A stretch of 63,963 nt of DNA, counting the filler, from Chiloscyllium plagiosum (taxonomy: Eukaryota): NCBI RefSeq assembly GCF_004010195.1. It is 4 parts of one record of this genome, joined end to end, with 100 filler letters (N's around TTAATTAATTAA, not from the genome) between each part and the next. Parts side by side here need not be neighbours in the genome. Positions count along the whole stretch, not along the records: positions 48,173 to 59,254 come from NC_057716.1; positions 59,355 to 63,963 come from NC_057716.1; 2 more parts are not named here. One strand, 5' to 3'. Each line of letters opens with the position of its first letter. The first letter of the stretch is position 1. Both the position numbers and the translations under genes were made by a program. Of the stretch, positions 52,511-63,963 are shown in pieces. The notes below the pieces were generated by a model. It saw only the letters and a program-made list of their open reading frames with translations, had not been told where the DNA came from and did no database searches.

Positions 52511-53039
52511 CAAAGAATCATCCAACTCAGTCCCCTGTTCCTGCTTTCTCCCAGTATCTTTCGATCCCTTTAGCCCAAAGATCTATATCTACCTCCTTCT
52601 TGAAAAATGCAATCTTTTCGGCTCGATTGCTTTCTATGCCAGGGAATTCCACAGGCTCCTCACTTTGGGTGAAGAAATTACTCCTCACCTTATGAGTAGC
52701 TAAAATGGAGATAATTATAATTTTCTTTATTCTCCTGTGGAATGTTGGTATCACTGGCAAGGCTGGCATTTGTTGCTTCTGTCTAATTGCCCTTGAACTG
52801 AGTTGCTTGAAAGGGCCAACCTGAGGGCTGTTAATAATCAAGCAGATTATTGTGGGTCTGGAGTCACATGTAGGCCATGTTAGGTAGGGGTGGCAGATTT
52901 CCTTCCCTAAACGATGGGCTTTTATAACAATCGATGACAGTTTCCTGGTCGCTGTTACTGAGATGAGCTTTCAATTCTATTTGTTCTATTTATTCATTAA
53001 TTCCAACAGCTTCCATGGTGAGATTTGAAACCATGCTAC

Positions 53040-53430
53040 AGAATTATAGAGGGCTACAGCACAGGAAAAGGTCCTTTGGCCCATTGAATCAGTGACAGTC
53101 AAAAACAACCATTCAACTATTCTAATCCTATTTTTCAGCACTTGGCCCACAGCCTTGGATACCTTGGCATCGCAAGTCCACATCTAAATACTCCTTCAAT
53201 GTTCGGAGGGTTTCTGCCTCTCCCATTCTTATAGGCAGTCAGTTCCAGATTCCCACCATCCTTTGGGTGAACATATTGACGTCCCCTTATCATTGATCCT
53301 TCCACCAAGGGGAAATATTCCTTCCCATCTACCCAATCTAAACACCTCATAATCTTATATATTTCATTCATGTCCCCTCTCAGCCTGCTCTGCTCTAAGG
53401 AAAACAATCCCAGTCTATTTAATCTCTCTT
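53040..53430 (-). mobile_element. Old CR1 3' end
   Basis: FSLEQSRLRGDMNEIYKIM. Confidence 0.68.
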
Positions 53431-55480
53431 TTTAAAAATGTAGTCATTTGTGGGATGTGGGTGTCACTGGCTGGACCACCATTTATTGCCAGTCCCTACT
53501 TGCCCTTGAGAAGATGGTGGTGAGCTGCCATCTTGAATTGCTGCAGTCCACCTGCTGTGGGTTGACCCACAATGCCCTTAGGGAGAGAATGCCAGGATTT
53601 TGACCCAGCGACAGTAAAGGAACACTGATATATTTCCAAGTCAGAAGTGATGTGTGGCTTGGAGGGGAACTTGAATGTGGTAATGCTCCCATCTATCTCC
53701 TGCCCTTGTCCATCTAGATGGAAGTGATCATGAATTGGGAAGGCGCTGCCTGAGGGTCTTTGTTGAATTTCTGCAGTGCATCTTGTAGATAGTACACACT
53801 GCTGCTACTGAGCAACGGTGGTGAAGGGACTAGACGTTTTCAGAACTGAATCAGTGTTCAGTAATGTGTAGGTTAGATGTATTAGTCAGGGGTCAATACA
53901 GGCATAATAGGGTAGGGGAATGGATCTGAATGGGTTACTCTTTGGAGGGTCGGTGTGGACTTGTTGGGCTGAAAGGCCTGGTTCCACATTGTTCAGATTC
54001 TATTCTATTCTATTCCCCTAGAGGGTGCAAAAGAGGTAAAAGCAGAAACTCTCTTGGCACATGCAAGTATTGCAAATATACTTGAGCTGCTGACACAGCC
54101 ACAGGCCCAGGCGTTGGAAAGTAGGATCAGACTGAATAGCTCTTCAATGGCTAACACAGACGCAGTCGGCCAAGTGACCCTGTTTTATGCCACACATTTC
54201 CTAGTTAATCTTTTCCCCATTTGGTGACAGCAAATCAATCAAGTAATTTATGTAACTGGCAGTGTCACTTAAAGGCTAATGAATACTCACGTGAAGTTGA
54301 TTTTACATTTCCTAACGAGAGGGTAAATGCCCATGTCAAAGATTGGAATAAAAATAACAATCAAAAGGGCGTTAATAGTCTGTGGAGAGAGAGAAAAAAA
54401 CAAAACAAATGAAGCCACAGGTAAAACCAATTAACCGGATTAAATAACATAGAGACTTGTATTTAAATGACAAATCTTATCAGCACTCTCAGAAATCCTT
54501 CACGGTAACATCTACTCTAACAGGAAAGCCAAAACCTAAGCCTCATTCACCCTTTGTGTGTACGTTTCTGTAGTCAGTTAAGGGTTAGAAACAGTATCAG
54601 GAGGAAGCGAAGGGATTTAGAGACAAAGAAAGTGATAGGTGAGCAATTACCAACAGTAGAAGGTTGTATTGGCTGGGGGTGATGTTGGAGAAATGTCACT
54701 GCATGAGTAATCCAAGGACCCAGGTTAATGCTATAGACACATGGGTTTAATTCCCAACACAATTCCCAAACTCAATGATTAAAACTGGGATGACTAAGCT
54801 AGTGTCAGTGAGGCCCTGAGGTAAGACCAGTAAAACTTGCAAATGACACATGCATACTGGTGTGACTTGTTTTGTAGTCAGGGAGTCACTATTATTAACG
54901 TCTAACTTATGAACCCTGGTACTTACAAATGTGATCCAACGTTGGTGTGTAATTTTAAAGATGCAACGTACAAACATTACCTGTACTTACGAACGGCCCA
55001 TCTATATCGTCCTGCTTTGTGTTCCGGCATCCAAATGAATCAACAGAACCCATTCACAACCCAGCACTGCAAGTATCTCAAAATGGAGCTTCAGTACCTC
55101 ATTTCTAAATGTTACGTTTTTTTTCTCTCTTGATACCTGTTGTAAAAACCCATCTGGTTTACTAATTTTTTTTAGGGAAGGAAATCTGCCATCCTTACCT
55201 GGTCTGGTCTATGTGTGACTCCAGACCCACAGCAATGTGACTGGCTCTTCACTGCCCCCTGCAATGGCCCAGCAAGTCACTCAATTCAAATGTTACCCTT
55301 GCCAGCAGCGCCCACAACCCATGAATGAATAAAAAAGTCTGGAAGGTGGGGCACAGTTAGCCTGTGCCCACTGATCTGATTGGATGCTAAGTGATGTGTT
55401 GGATTGCTCAGTTTGATGTAACCCACTTCCAGTCCAGGGCCAGTCGTGGAATAGTTACAGCTGGGGTGTAACATAACTCA

Positions 55481-55636
55481 GGCCAGGCAGCATCCGAGGA
55501 GCAGGAAAATCGACGTTTTGGGCAAAATTCCTTCATAATTTTCCTGCTCCTCAGATGCTGCCTGACCTGCTGTGCTTTGCCAGCACCACACTAATCTAAA
55601 CTCGGGTTTCCAGTATCTGCAGTCCTCACTTTTGCC
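55481..55636. mobile_element. Family A pLTR fold-back insertion (core partly deleted)
   Basis: TSD tgtaacataactca at 55467-55480 and 55637-55650. Confidence 0.75.
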
Positions 55637-55954
55637 TGTAACATAACTCACTACTGTTTGACAGAGGGAAAACTGTTACCTGTTCACCCTCCTTGGCACT
55701 GCTTAGCATATCTCTATGGCAAGGGAGATTGTGGACAGACTGGGGGGGGGGGGGGGGGGGTTTCAAGCAAGGCACAGAAGGCAAAGGAGAAGATAAGATC
55801 TAATACATTCAATGTGATGAAGCAAATTGACAGAAAGGAGTGCGAAGCACAGAGCTCAAATTTCGATAAATGGCAAAAGAAACAGAGGGTAGAGAAAGTA
55901 TATTCTCTGGTGCAAGTTAAGGATATCTGCTACTTAAGAGGATAGAGGAAGCAG

Positions 55955-56178
55955 TTTTGATAAGATTTGTAGCTCAGGTTGAGGTTCTGGATGTAGATTT
56001 GCTCGCTGAGCTGGAAGGTTCATTTTCAAAAGTTTCGTCATCATACTTGGTAACGTCTTCAGTGAGCCTCCGGACGAAGCCTGGAGGCCTTGTCCGGAGG
56101 CTCGCTGAAGATGTTACCTAGTATGGTGACGAAATGTCTGAAAGTGAACCTTACAGCTCAGCGAGCAAACCTACATCC
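55955..56178. mobile_element. Family B pLTR fold-back insertion with two hammerhead motifs
   Basis: Plus strand 56105-56138 reads CUGAAGA-u-guuacc-uaguau-ggugac-GAAA-UG-UC, with a mirror copy on minus. TSD agaggaagcag at 55944-55954 and 56179-56189. Confidence 0.8.
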
Positions 56179-56536
56179 AGAGGAAGCAGATTCAACAGTA
56201 GCTTTCAAAACATTAATTAGTTCTTGAGAGGTGTGCCATGTGGGCATGGCCAACATCTATTGCCCATCCCCAGTTGCCCAGAGGACAGTCAAGAGTTTAC
56301 CAAATTACTATGCCTATAGATTCACATGTAGGCCAGACCAGGTAAAGATGGCAGATTTCTTTCCCTAAAAGTATTCATGGGTCAGATTGGTTTTCACAAC
56401 AATCATCAGTGGTGCTCACTGTGCGGTGAAATATTTATTGGATTCAAATTTTACCATCTGCTGTGATGGAATATGAATTAATATCCCTAGGCTAATGTCT
56501 TAGATTATCAAGCCAATGACTGGATGGAGGCTTCCT

Positions 56537-57085
56537 CGCTGAGCTGGAAGGTTTATTTTCAGACGTTTTGTCACCCTACTAGGTAACATCTTCAGTGGGC
56601 CTCAGGCGAAGCACTGCTGATAAGTCCTGCTTTCTATTTGTATGTTTGGATTTCTTTGGCTTGGCGATGTCATTTCCTGTGATGATGTCATTTCCTGTGA
56701 TGATGTCATTTCCTGTTATGAAGTTGCTTCCTGTTCTTCTTTTTGGGGACGGTAAATGGAGTCTAACTCAATGTGTTTGTTGATAGAGTTTCGGTTGGAA
56801 TGCCATGCTTCTAAGAATTCTTGTGTGTGTCTTTGTTTGGCTTGTCCTAGGATGGATGTGTTGTCCCAGTCGAAGTCTTATCCTTCCTCATCCGTATGTA
56901 AGGATACTAGTGAGAGAGGGTCATGTCGTTTTGTGGCTAGTTGGTGTTAATGTATCCTGGTGGCTAGTTTTCTGCCTGTGTCCAATGTAGTGTTTGTTAC
57001 AGTCCTTGCACGGTATTTTGCAGCTCAGCGAACAAACTTACATCTAGAACCATAACCTGAGCTACAAATCTTTTCAAAACTCACC
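56537..57085 (-). mobile_element. 5'-truncated Penelope (Poseidon-like) GIY-YIG remnant with family B pLTR
   Basis: Minus strand ~57020-56745 gives KIPCKDCNKHYIG..GRKLATRIH*H...FDWDNTSILG...FLEAWHS...INKH with a frameshift and stops. An 18-bp tandem repeat sits in the 3' UTR. Confidence 0.82.
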
Positions 57086-57127
57086 AAGACCTTATCAGTA
57101 CATCACCACCTCCTCTCCTTAAATTAT

Positions 57128-57385
57128 TGAATCATAGAATCCCAACAGTGTTTAAGCAGGCCATTCAGCCTAACAAGTCCACAACAACCCTCTGAAGAGT
57201 AACCTATCCCGACCAATTCCCCTATTCTATCCCTCTAACCCTGCATACACCATGGCTAACTTAGCTAGCCTGAACATTTCTGGACACTACAGGGCAATTT
57301 AATATGGCCAATCCACCAACCCTGCACATCTTTGGACCATGGGGGGAAGAAACCAGAGCACCTGGAGGAAACCCACACAGACATG
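57128..57385 (-). mobile_element. HE1-like SINE, 3' part (other 3' fragments 36001-36130 and 53865-54014)
   Basis: End of V-domain and tail. Confidence 0.72.
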
Positions 57386-59354
57386 GAGTTGAACAAATTG
57401 GAGTGTTAAGGGGAAAGAGTAGGGGAAGAGTGGGATTAATTGGACAGCTCTTTCAAAGAACCATCATTGGCTTAACAGGCTAAATGGTCTTCTTCTGTAC
57501 TATAAGGTTCTATGATCATGCACCTTTGACTGTAAGGGGTGGATCAAGGCAGATCCTGAACAATGCACAGCAGATTAGGTGCTGATTTTCAAGTTATTAG
57601 AGGGAATGATCAAAATACACATGGACAGTGGGTAGATCCACCCCAGAAGTCCTCAAATCTCCCAGAATAATTCATCCTTGGGGGTAATTGAGAAAAGTCA
57701 TCCCAGTAAACAGAATGAAAGGAAACAGTGATAAGTTGCTCCTCAGCTCATGATCCTCCCAGCTGAAACCCCAGGAGAGAAACAGTCTGTGACATGAAGA
57801 GCAGGGAACGGCAAAGGAAGGCAATGCTGCCATTGATGGAGTTGCCAGCATAAATGTTGACTGGAGCGAGGAGCTGAGAGCTAGGGGCTAGGTTCCAAGA
57901 GCAAAGGGCAAGGAGGTAGAGTCTGAGAGACCAAGAGCTGGGATTGGAGCCATGATCGGAGGTTGAGCTCCAGGGGACAGGGTTTGTGGTCTGACAGCTG
58001 TTGCCCGGGAGCCAAAGGCTGAGTTAAGGTCTGGGTACCCACAGCTAGGGGGCAGAACTGAGATCCAAGAAAGCTTGCAACCAATTTCTTGAAAATCAAT
58101 GTGAAATCTCTAAGCTAAGGTTGCATAAGTTCATAATTTTTTATAATTTAAAAAATGTAATGCATCCTACTCTAATGAACACTAGATTTCCATCTGAGAC
58201 TGAGACAGGAGAAACAGTCAAATAGGGTTATAACAACCTGGCTAAAATGCTTGCGCATATTGAATGGAAACATATTGAATGTGACCTCACTGGTTTGTGG
58301 GTGGTTTGTTTAGGGAAATGGCCTTTTCAGTGTGGAAGCATGCCATCAGCTATTTTGTAAAAAATAAATTGTTGCTAACTTATGCCTGTTGCCTTTTGCC
58401 AATTTAAATATTGTGGTGTCTGGAAAATGAATGCTTTCTTTGTATGTTGTGGCTTTAAGTTTAATGGAGAATTAACAAGGATATTGATGAATTATTCTGT
58501 TTCTGCGAGAGCCCAGATACTCCATTGGTGAGTACAAATACAGATGTTATTGTGAAAAAGTGGCCTGTGAAAGTCAAAAAATAGCCCTCGGGGAAAATCT
58601 CAAGGAGAATCTATTAGAAAAGGGAAAAAAAAATGATTTTGACACCTGTATCAAGGGGAGCATTAAAGGTGGATAAAGAAAAATCGTTTCCGCTGGTTGG
58701 GTCATCTAGCACTAAGATGCAAAGTTTAAAAATTGGAGTTGTGCCTTTCAAAGCGAAATTAAGTAACACTTCCACACACAGTGGGTGACGAAAGCTTGTA
58801 ACTCCATTCTGTAAATAACTTCAAATAATGTTGTTAATGTTGATCCTGTCAATGGTGTTCTTGCCTTGCACACATTTTGTACAGGATACCCTGTATGCCT
58901 CACTCTGTCCAAGTTTCCTTCACCCTATGATCTGTATGTCCTTGCTTACTATGATCTACCTGTACTGCTCGGAAACAAAGCTTTTCACTGTATTTAGGTA
59001 GATGTGACAGTGAATCAAACGAAATCAAATGACAATGGACCCTGAATCAATTGATAATAGTACATCTGAGATTGATAAGATTTTTATTAACTCAAGTCAA
59101 CTGCCATAAATGCTGTTGGATGCGAATCTTATCAGATCGAGTGGATCAGTTGGAGAGACAGATAGAAGCGATGAGGAATTTGCAACAGCAACAGTATATG
59201 ATGGATGGCAGTTATAGGAAGGGGGGAAAGTCTCAGATACAATCACATAGATGGNNNNNNNNNNNNNNNNNNNNNNNNNNNNNNNNNNNNNNNNNNNNTT
59301 AATTAATTAANNNNNNNNNNNNNNNNNNNNNNNNNNNNNNNNNNNNNNNNNNNN

Positions 59355-59812
59355 TGGTAGGTTTAACATATGAGGAACGGCTGAGGATCCTGGGATTGTA
59401 TTCATTGGAGTTTAGAAGATTAAGGGGAGATCTAATAGAAACTTACAAGATAATATATGGCTTGGAGAGGGTGGACGCTAGGAAATTGTTTCCGTTAGGC
59501 GAGGAGAATATGACCCGTGGACACAGCCTTAGAATTAGAGGGGGTAAATTCAGAACAGAAATGCGGAGACATTTCTTCAGCCAGAGAGTGGTGGGCCTGT
59601 GGAATTCATTGCCGCAGAGTGCAGTGGAGGCCGGGACGCTAAATGTCTTCAAGGCAGAGATTGATAAATTCTTGATGTCACAAGGAATTAAGGGCTACGG
59701 GGAGAATGCGGGTAAATGGAGTTGAAATGCCCATCAGCCATGATTGAATAGCGGAGTGAACTCGATGGGCCGAATGGCCTTACTTTCACTCCTATGTCTT
59801 ATGGTCTTATGG
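59355..59812 (+). mobile_element. Young CR1 3' end with (tatggtct)n tail
   Basis: Nearly identical to the reverse complement of 46825-47270. Confidence 0.9.
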
Positions 59813-59814
59813 TT

Positions 59815-60472
59815 AGGCTACATGGACAAGGTGTTTTCCCTGGAGTGGGTGAGTCCATAACTAGAAGGCATAGGTTTAGGGTGAGAGGGAAAAGATATAA
59901 AAGAGACCTAAGGGGCAACTTTTTCACGCAGAGGGTGGTACGTGTATGGAATGAGCTACCAGAGGAAGTGGTGGAGGCTGGTACAATTACATCATTTAAA
60001 AGGTATCTGGTATATGAATACTGTATATGTATAGGAAGGGTTTGGAGGGATATGGGCTGGGTGCTGGCAAGTGGGACTAGATTAGATTACTTACAGTGTG
60101 GAAACAGGCCCTTTGGCCCAACAAGTCCACACCAACCTTCCGAAGAGCAACCCACCCAGACCCATTCCCCTACATTTGCCCCTTCACCTAACACTATGGG
60201 CAATTTAGCATGGCCAATTTACCTAACCTGCACATCTTTGTGACTGTGGTAGGAAACCGGAGCACCCGGAGGAAACCCATGCAGACACGGGGAGAATGTG
60301 CAAACTCTACACAGACAGTTGCCCGAAGCGGGAATTGAACCTGGCTCTCTGGCGCTGTGAGGCAGCAGTGCTAACCACTGTGCCACCGTGGGACAGATTG
60401 GGAATATTTGGTTGGCATGGATGAGTTGGATGGAAGGATCTGTTTCCATGCTGTACATCTCTATGACTCTGT
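59815..60472 (+). mobile_element. CR1 3' end with an HE1-like SINE (60078-60390, minus) inserted in its 3' UTR
   Basis: RGNFFTQRVVRVWNELPEEVV; gggac(t)agatt on both sides of the SINE. Confidence 0.85.
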
Positions 60473-60563
60473 AACTCAGATGCCAGAAATCAGGCACACA
60501 GACGGGAATTGCTGGGGAAAAAAAACTCAGCAGGTTTGGCAGCATCCATGGACAAAAAGCAGA

Positions 60564-60598
60564 GTTAACGTTTCAATCCAGTGATCTTTCTTCAGAAG
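60564..60598 (-). ncRNA. Minimal hammerhead motif, family D
   Basis: cuu-CUGAAGA-aa-gauc-acug-gauu-GAAA-CG-UU-aac. Confidence 0.6.
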
Positions 60599-62104
60599 TC
60601 TACCTACCTCTGTTTCAAAAATGTTCAATGAACATTCTTCCATTGCCTTCTGTGGCAAATAGATTCAAAAATGCACAGTCCTCTGAGATAAGAGAACTTC
60701 TCATCTCCATCCTGAAAAGGTGACACCTGATTTAAAAATCGTATTTTTAAAAATTGTGGAGAGGTTCTTGACCTCTCCACAAGAAAAGACATTCTTGCAC
60801 AGGAGAATGGCGACTTTATACATTTTCACTGTACCCCTATATTGCTGTACTCAAGTACACGTGACAATAAAATCTACATCTAAATCTACCCTTGTCAATA
60901 CCATTCAGGATCTTATACATCTCAAACAGGTCACCCTTCGTTCTTCTAAACCTCTGTAAACAAGCCCAATCTGGCCAAATTTTCATCTTAAGACAAGCTG
61001 CTCATCCAGGTATCATTCCAGTAGGCCTCCTCTGAGCCACCTCAAATGCATTTAAATCTGTCCTTAAACTAGGAGGTCAAAACTGTGCATAGTGTTTGAA
61101 ATGTATACTCACCAACTCTCCCCTGTGCACTCATCCCTATATAACAGACCTACTTTATCCTTAGTTTTATATTCAATTCCTCTGCATTAAGTTTCTCCAT
61201 TTTGTGCTGTACTTGCACAGTAGCTTGTTGGAATCACCCATGAGAACACCTCGATCCCACTACCCCTTGGAATGTTGCTCAGGTGGAGCCTGACAAAGGG
61301 GCAGTGCTCTGAAAACTTGTGATTTCAAATAAATCTGTTGGACTATAACCTGGTGCAATGTGACGTCTGACTTTGTCCACCCCAGTCCAACACCGGAACC
61401 TCCACATCATTAGGCTCAGCTTTTTATTCAGTAACATTTCACCACCTATCATGTGGAGATTTGAATGTACATCCCCAGAGCAATAGCCCAGTGGCATTAT
61501 CACAAAACCTCAGTGTCCCCAATTGCTTCTGATGTCATTTACCTCAATTTTCAGAAGGCTTTGTGAAATAGTGCCACGCAACAGGCTTGTGGGAAAAACT
61601 ACAGGGATTAAAGGGACAGGAGGAACATGGCTTTTTCTTTAATTAATTCATAGGACACTGATGTCACCGCCTGAGACCAGCATTTACATTTATTGCCCAT
61701 CCCTAGTTGCCCCTTAAGAAGGTGGTAGTGCTTCCTTGAACCGTAGCAATCCATGTCCTGTGGTTGATCTTAGCTCCAAATCCATTGACTACTCCCAAGA
61801 CACCAAACATTTACCAATTCCAGTTTTGGAAATATTCCACTTACCCCACCCCTCTCTCAACCTCAATCAGGGGAACGCAGGGGACAGAGTTTCACATTTC
61901 CACTTCCTTTGAGCGATGAAATGCCAACCACGGACAGACTGATGTTAATTTTAAACATTAATTTGGGATTCTTTCCCCCGAACATTATGCTGAAGATTTC
62001 TGGGAGGAGGTCAGTGCACTTTGGCTGGGTAAGGAATTAACACCAAGATTACACAGACACCTACCTACTGCATTTATCTCTTCACCACCAAGGCTTCTAC
62101 CCTC

Positions 62105-62140
62105 ATTCCTGAGGAAGGGCTTTTGCCTGAAATGTCGATT
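62105..62140 (+). ncRNA. Minimal hammerhead motif, family A, in pLTR ~62065-62197
   Basis: uuc-CUGAGGA-a-gggc-uuuu-gccu-GAAA-UG-UC-ga. Confidence 0.65.
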
Positions 62141-62529
62141 TTCCTGCTCCTCAGATGCTGCCTGACTTGCTGTGCTTTTCCAGCACCACTCTAATCATGA
62201 CACGAATCAGCAGCAGTCACACGGAATGAAGGAACAGAATGGAGGGGCTGAATGATCTCCTGTTCCCTGAGAAACCTGCCCATGTAGAAACCTCCAGTGT
62301 GCTGTATAGTGAGCAGAAGCAAGAGGGATCTATTGTAAAGGGCGGCTGAGTGTAAAAAGGGAAGATTGCAGATTATTAACCCTCGGCTGTATTTTGTCTA
62401 ATTCCATGCAGCGTAGAAGACAGAGACTTTGGATGGGCGGAGGGTGAACAGAAAACTCTAACATTCCCATTCGGTGCTCTCCTCACAAGGGGGAGGAACT
62501 CCCTGCTGGATTAGGGCGTTTGGCTTATG

Positions 62530-62830
62530 GGCGGCACGGTGGCACTGCTGCCTCACAGCGCCAGAGACCCAGGTTCAATTCCCGCCTCAGGCGACTCTCT
62601 GTGTGGAGTTTGCACATTCTCCCCGTGACTGCGTGGGCTTTCTCCGGGTGCTCCGGTTTCCTCCCACAATTCAAAAATGTGCAGGTTAGATGGATTGGCC
62701 ACACTAAATTGCCCATAATGTTAGGTGAAGGGTAAATGTAGGGAATGGGTCTGGGTGGGTTGCGCTTCGGCGGGTTGGTGTGGACTTGGGCCAAAGGGCC
62801 TATTTCCACACTGTAAGTAATCTAATCTAA
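62530..62830 (+). mobile_element. HE1-like SINE
   Basis: B box, V-domain, aatct tail running into a gap. Confidence 0.85.
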
Positions 62831-63660
62831 NNNNNNNNNNNNNNNNNNNNNNNNNNNNNNNNNNNNNNNNNNNNNNNNNNNNNNNNNNNNNNNNNNNNNN
62901 NNNNNNNNNNNNNNNNNNNNNNNNNNNNNNNNNNNNNNNNNNNNNNNNNNNNNNNNNNNNNNNNNNNNNNNNNNNNNNNNNNNNNNNNNNNNNNNNNNNN
63001 NNNNNNNNNNNNNNNNNNNNNNNNNNNNNNNNNNNNNNNNNNNNNNNNNNNNNNNNNNNNNNNNNNNNNNNNNNNNNNNNNNNNNNNNNNNNNNNNNNNN
63101 NNNNNNNNNNNNNNNNNNNNNNNNNNNNNNNNNNNNNNNNNNNNNNNNNNNNNNNNNNNNNNNNNNNNNNNNNNNNNNNNNNNNNNNNNNNNNNNNNNNN
63201 NNNNNNNNNNNNNNNNNNNNNNNNNNNNNNNNNNNNNNNNNNNNNNNNNNNNNNNNNNNNNNNNNNNNNNNNNNNNNNNNNNNNNNNNNNNNNNNNNNNN
63301 NNNNNNNNNNNNNNNNNNNNNNNNNNNNNNGTTGCTGCATGTTTGAATGGCTGAGCCCTGGCCCTACTTTCTAACTTTGTTAGGTCACAATTGCTTGATG
63401 AGTGAATGAACAACTATTCTCTGCCACAAGGCTGCCCCCTCACTCCAAGCTGCTACCTTCAATTCATGCAGTTTAAATAGCAAACCAATCACAGACAGCG
63501 TTGGAGAAACTCAGCAAGTCTGGCAGCAACTGTGGAGAGTAGGAAACAGAGTTAACCTTTTGGGTCCAGTGGCCCTTCTGCAGAACTTCAGTTGCATTTG
63601 CTTCACCTCATCCAGGATATTTTTATATAATCATATAAAACAGCCAAGGCTCAAGCATTG

Positions 63661-63963
63661 ATAGAACATAGAACAGTACAGCACAGAACAGGCCCTTCAG
63701 CCCACGATGTTGTGCCGACAATTGATCCTCATGTGAGGTAAAGCTAATGTACGAACCCTCAAATTTCTGTGACCATATGCATGTCCAGCAGTCTCTTAAA
63801 TATCCCCAATGACCTCGCTTCCACAACTGCTGCTGGCAATGCATTCCATGCTCTCACAACTCTCTGCGTAAAGAACCCGCCTCTGACATCCCCTCTATAC
63901 TTTCCTCCAACCAGCTTAAAACTATGACCCCTCATGTTAACAATTTCTGCCCTGGGAAAAAGT
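63661..63963 (-). mobile_element. CR1 3' end with (ttctatg)n tail
   Basis: Same type as 9442-9718 and 50636-50930. Confidence 0.82.

Overview
Eukaryotic, repeat-rich vertebrate DNA, almost certainly from a shark or other elasmobranch (inferred from HE1-type V-SINEs paired with HER1/CR1 LINE 3' tails). There are seven assembly gaps. The only host coding sequence I can support is one 131-bp minus-strand exon (25344-25474) of protein disulfide-isomerase A5 (PDIA5/PDIR), so the rest is most likely PDIA5 intron. The window is full of CR1 LINE fragments, about 16 HE1-like SINEs, a Rex1/Babar LINE, a decayed Gypsy gag, a possible solo LTR, a pogo/Tigger-like MITE, DeuSINE remnants, a tRNA-Lys pseudogene and many Penelope-like element (PLE) pieces. 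The most interesting signal is that four sequence-distinct PLE terminal-repeat families (possibly a fifth) each carry a minimal hammerhead-ribozyme motif: CUGANGA, a hairpin, GAAA, a palindromic ACGU/AGCU and a UH site. Many copies are short, often fold-back, insertions with 10-15 bp target-site duplications. One is a perfect 146-bp palindrome holding two intact cores, and another lies in sense orientation about 250 nt after the PDIA5 splice donor. Element boundaries and family names come from reading by eye and from remembered consensus sequences, not from database searches.
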